A DNA stretch of 64,000 bases, taken from assembly GCF_006345805.1 (NCBI RefSeq), contig NC_042999.1, positions 64,418,001-64,482,000 of the forward strand. Direction: 5' to 3'. Below the pieces are notes generated by a model. It saw only the letters and a list, made by a program, of their open reading frames with translations. It did no database searches and was not told the DNA's origin. Every line of letters starts with the position of its first letter. Within the stretch, counting starts at the first letter, position 1. Of the stretch, positions 62,618 through 64,000 are shown piece by piece. Source of the stretch: Octopus sinensis. Its lineage: Eukaryota. Position numbers and translations under genes: made by a program.

Positions 62618-64000
62618 GCAAACGTGGATCGTCTTTACCTTCCCAGAGCTCAGAGAGGTCGAGGTTTGATCCAGCTTGAACTTTTTCAAGCAGGTTAACA
62701 TTCCTGCTTCCAAAAAGTGAAGAAACAAATGAACCAAAAAACTATAGACCCATAACCTGCTTAACAACTATGTACAAAACGCTAACATCTGTCCTGACGG
62801 AATATACTTACAGTTTTTTAACAGACAGCAGCATATTCCCTAATGAACAGAAAGGATGTAAACGTGGATCCTACGGCTGTAAAGATCAACTACTCATCAA
62901 TAAGATGATCTTAGAAGATTGTCACAAACGACACAAAAACTTATCAATAGCCTGGATAGACTATAAAAAGGCTTTTGATAGCCTACCACATAGCTGGATT
63001 AGGAAATGCCTGGAAATGTATAAGATAGCACCTACTCTGCGAAACTTTTTGACTGTAAGTATGAGATCATGGGGAACCACACTAACTCTGAACAGTGACA
63101 ATGAATCCCTAAATGCTGGTGATGTAAAAATTTCGTGTGGCATTTTCCAGGGTGACTCACTGTCACCACTCCTCTTTTGTTTAGCCTTAATACCTCTCTC
63201 AAAACTGCTCAATGACGCGCAGTACGGGTATAAAATGTTTGATAAAAATATAAATCATCTCATTTACATGGATGATTTAAAGCTTTTTGCAAAAAATGAC
63301 CAACAACTCAAAGGCTTACTAGCGATAGTCAAACAATTCAGTGACGACATCAGAATGCAATTCAGCCTCGATAAATGTGTAAAAGCTACCTTTATCAAAG
63401 GAAAAATGACAGAAACATCTAACGTTAACCTTGACCAGCAGAATGTCATAAAAGAACTAGACCCAGCGGAGAGCTACAAGTACCTAGGGGTAATTGAAGG
63501 GAACGGAATAAGGCATTCAGAGATGAAGGAAAGGATCAGGAGAGAATGCTATCGAAGAGTGAGAGCAATACTCAAGACAGAGCTGAATGCAAGAAACAGG
63601 ATTGAAGCGATCAATGCATTAGCCATACCAGTCGTGACTTACAGTTTCAATATCGTTAACTGGTCAATTACTGAAATATGTCAGCCCGACAGAAAAATAA
63701 GAAAACCGTTGACAATGCTTAGAATGCACCACCCTAAGGCAGATACAGAACGACTTTATCTGCCAAGAAAAGAGGGAGGCCGTGGTCTTTTGCAATTGGA
63801 AATAACAATGAAGATTGCTACAATTGGCCTAGACACCTACCTGAAAAAGTCTGAGGACTGGATGTTAAAACTTGTCTCAAAACATGAAAACAAGAAAGCA
63901 TCATACTCAGTAACAAAACAGGCAAAGGAATATCTAAGTGAATTCCGAATACATCAAATTTTGGAATTAGAGATAGACATACAAGAAACAAGCACAGAAA
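62615..64000 (+). mobile_element. 5'-truncated R4/Dong-clade non-LTR retrotransposon, continues beyond the window
   Basis: RT motifs as in the CDS below; starts directly after (TAA)n. Confidence 0.88.
62680..64000 (+). CDS. Reverse transcriptase of a non-LTR retrotransposon (partial; open frame runs off the window)
   Basis: Hand translation, frame 1, no stop in 440 codons: FLLPK, NYRPITCL, EQKGC, WIDYKKAFDSLPHSW, GIFQGDSLSPLLF, HLIYMDDLKLF (YMDD 63265-63276), YKYLG, HPKADTERLYLPRKEGGRGL. Confidence 0.93.

Overview
This is a eukaryotic, AT-rich, very repeat-dense intronic or intergenic window. The SINE families and microsatellite load look like a coleoid cephalopod (Octopus-type) genome; that assignment is inference. 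No host gene can be called confidently: only a few weak exon candidates, and nearly every ORF in the supplied track is a microsatellite or SINE artefact. Supported content: (1) many tRNA-headed SINE copies of at least five families that share modules; (2) two mariner elements, a pogo/Tigger-like MITE, several hAT-like MITEs and a canonical non-autonomous Helitron; (3) non-LTR retrotransposon pieces, including RTE 3' ends, a CRE-like endonuclease remnant, R4/Dong-like pieces with an uninterrupted 440-codon RT frame running off the right edge (absent from the ORF track), and a Penelope-like GIY-YIG remnant; (4) several long fold-back palindromes. The most interesting item is a (TA)n-flanked array at 3043-5188. 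It is made of near-identical 582-bp units, tandem and then inverted, and each unit carries a canonical type I hammerhead ribozyme with an unusually long stem II and a palindromic stem III, consistent with a retrozyme or Penelope-like pLTR system. Hammerhead-like motifs recur in other (TA)n-anchored repeats and in a fold-back elsewhere in the window. Coordinates were counted by hand; edges of degenerate elements are approximate.
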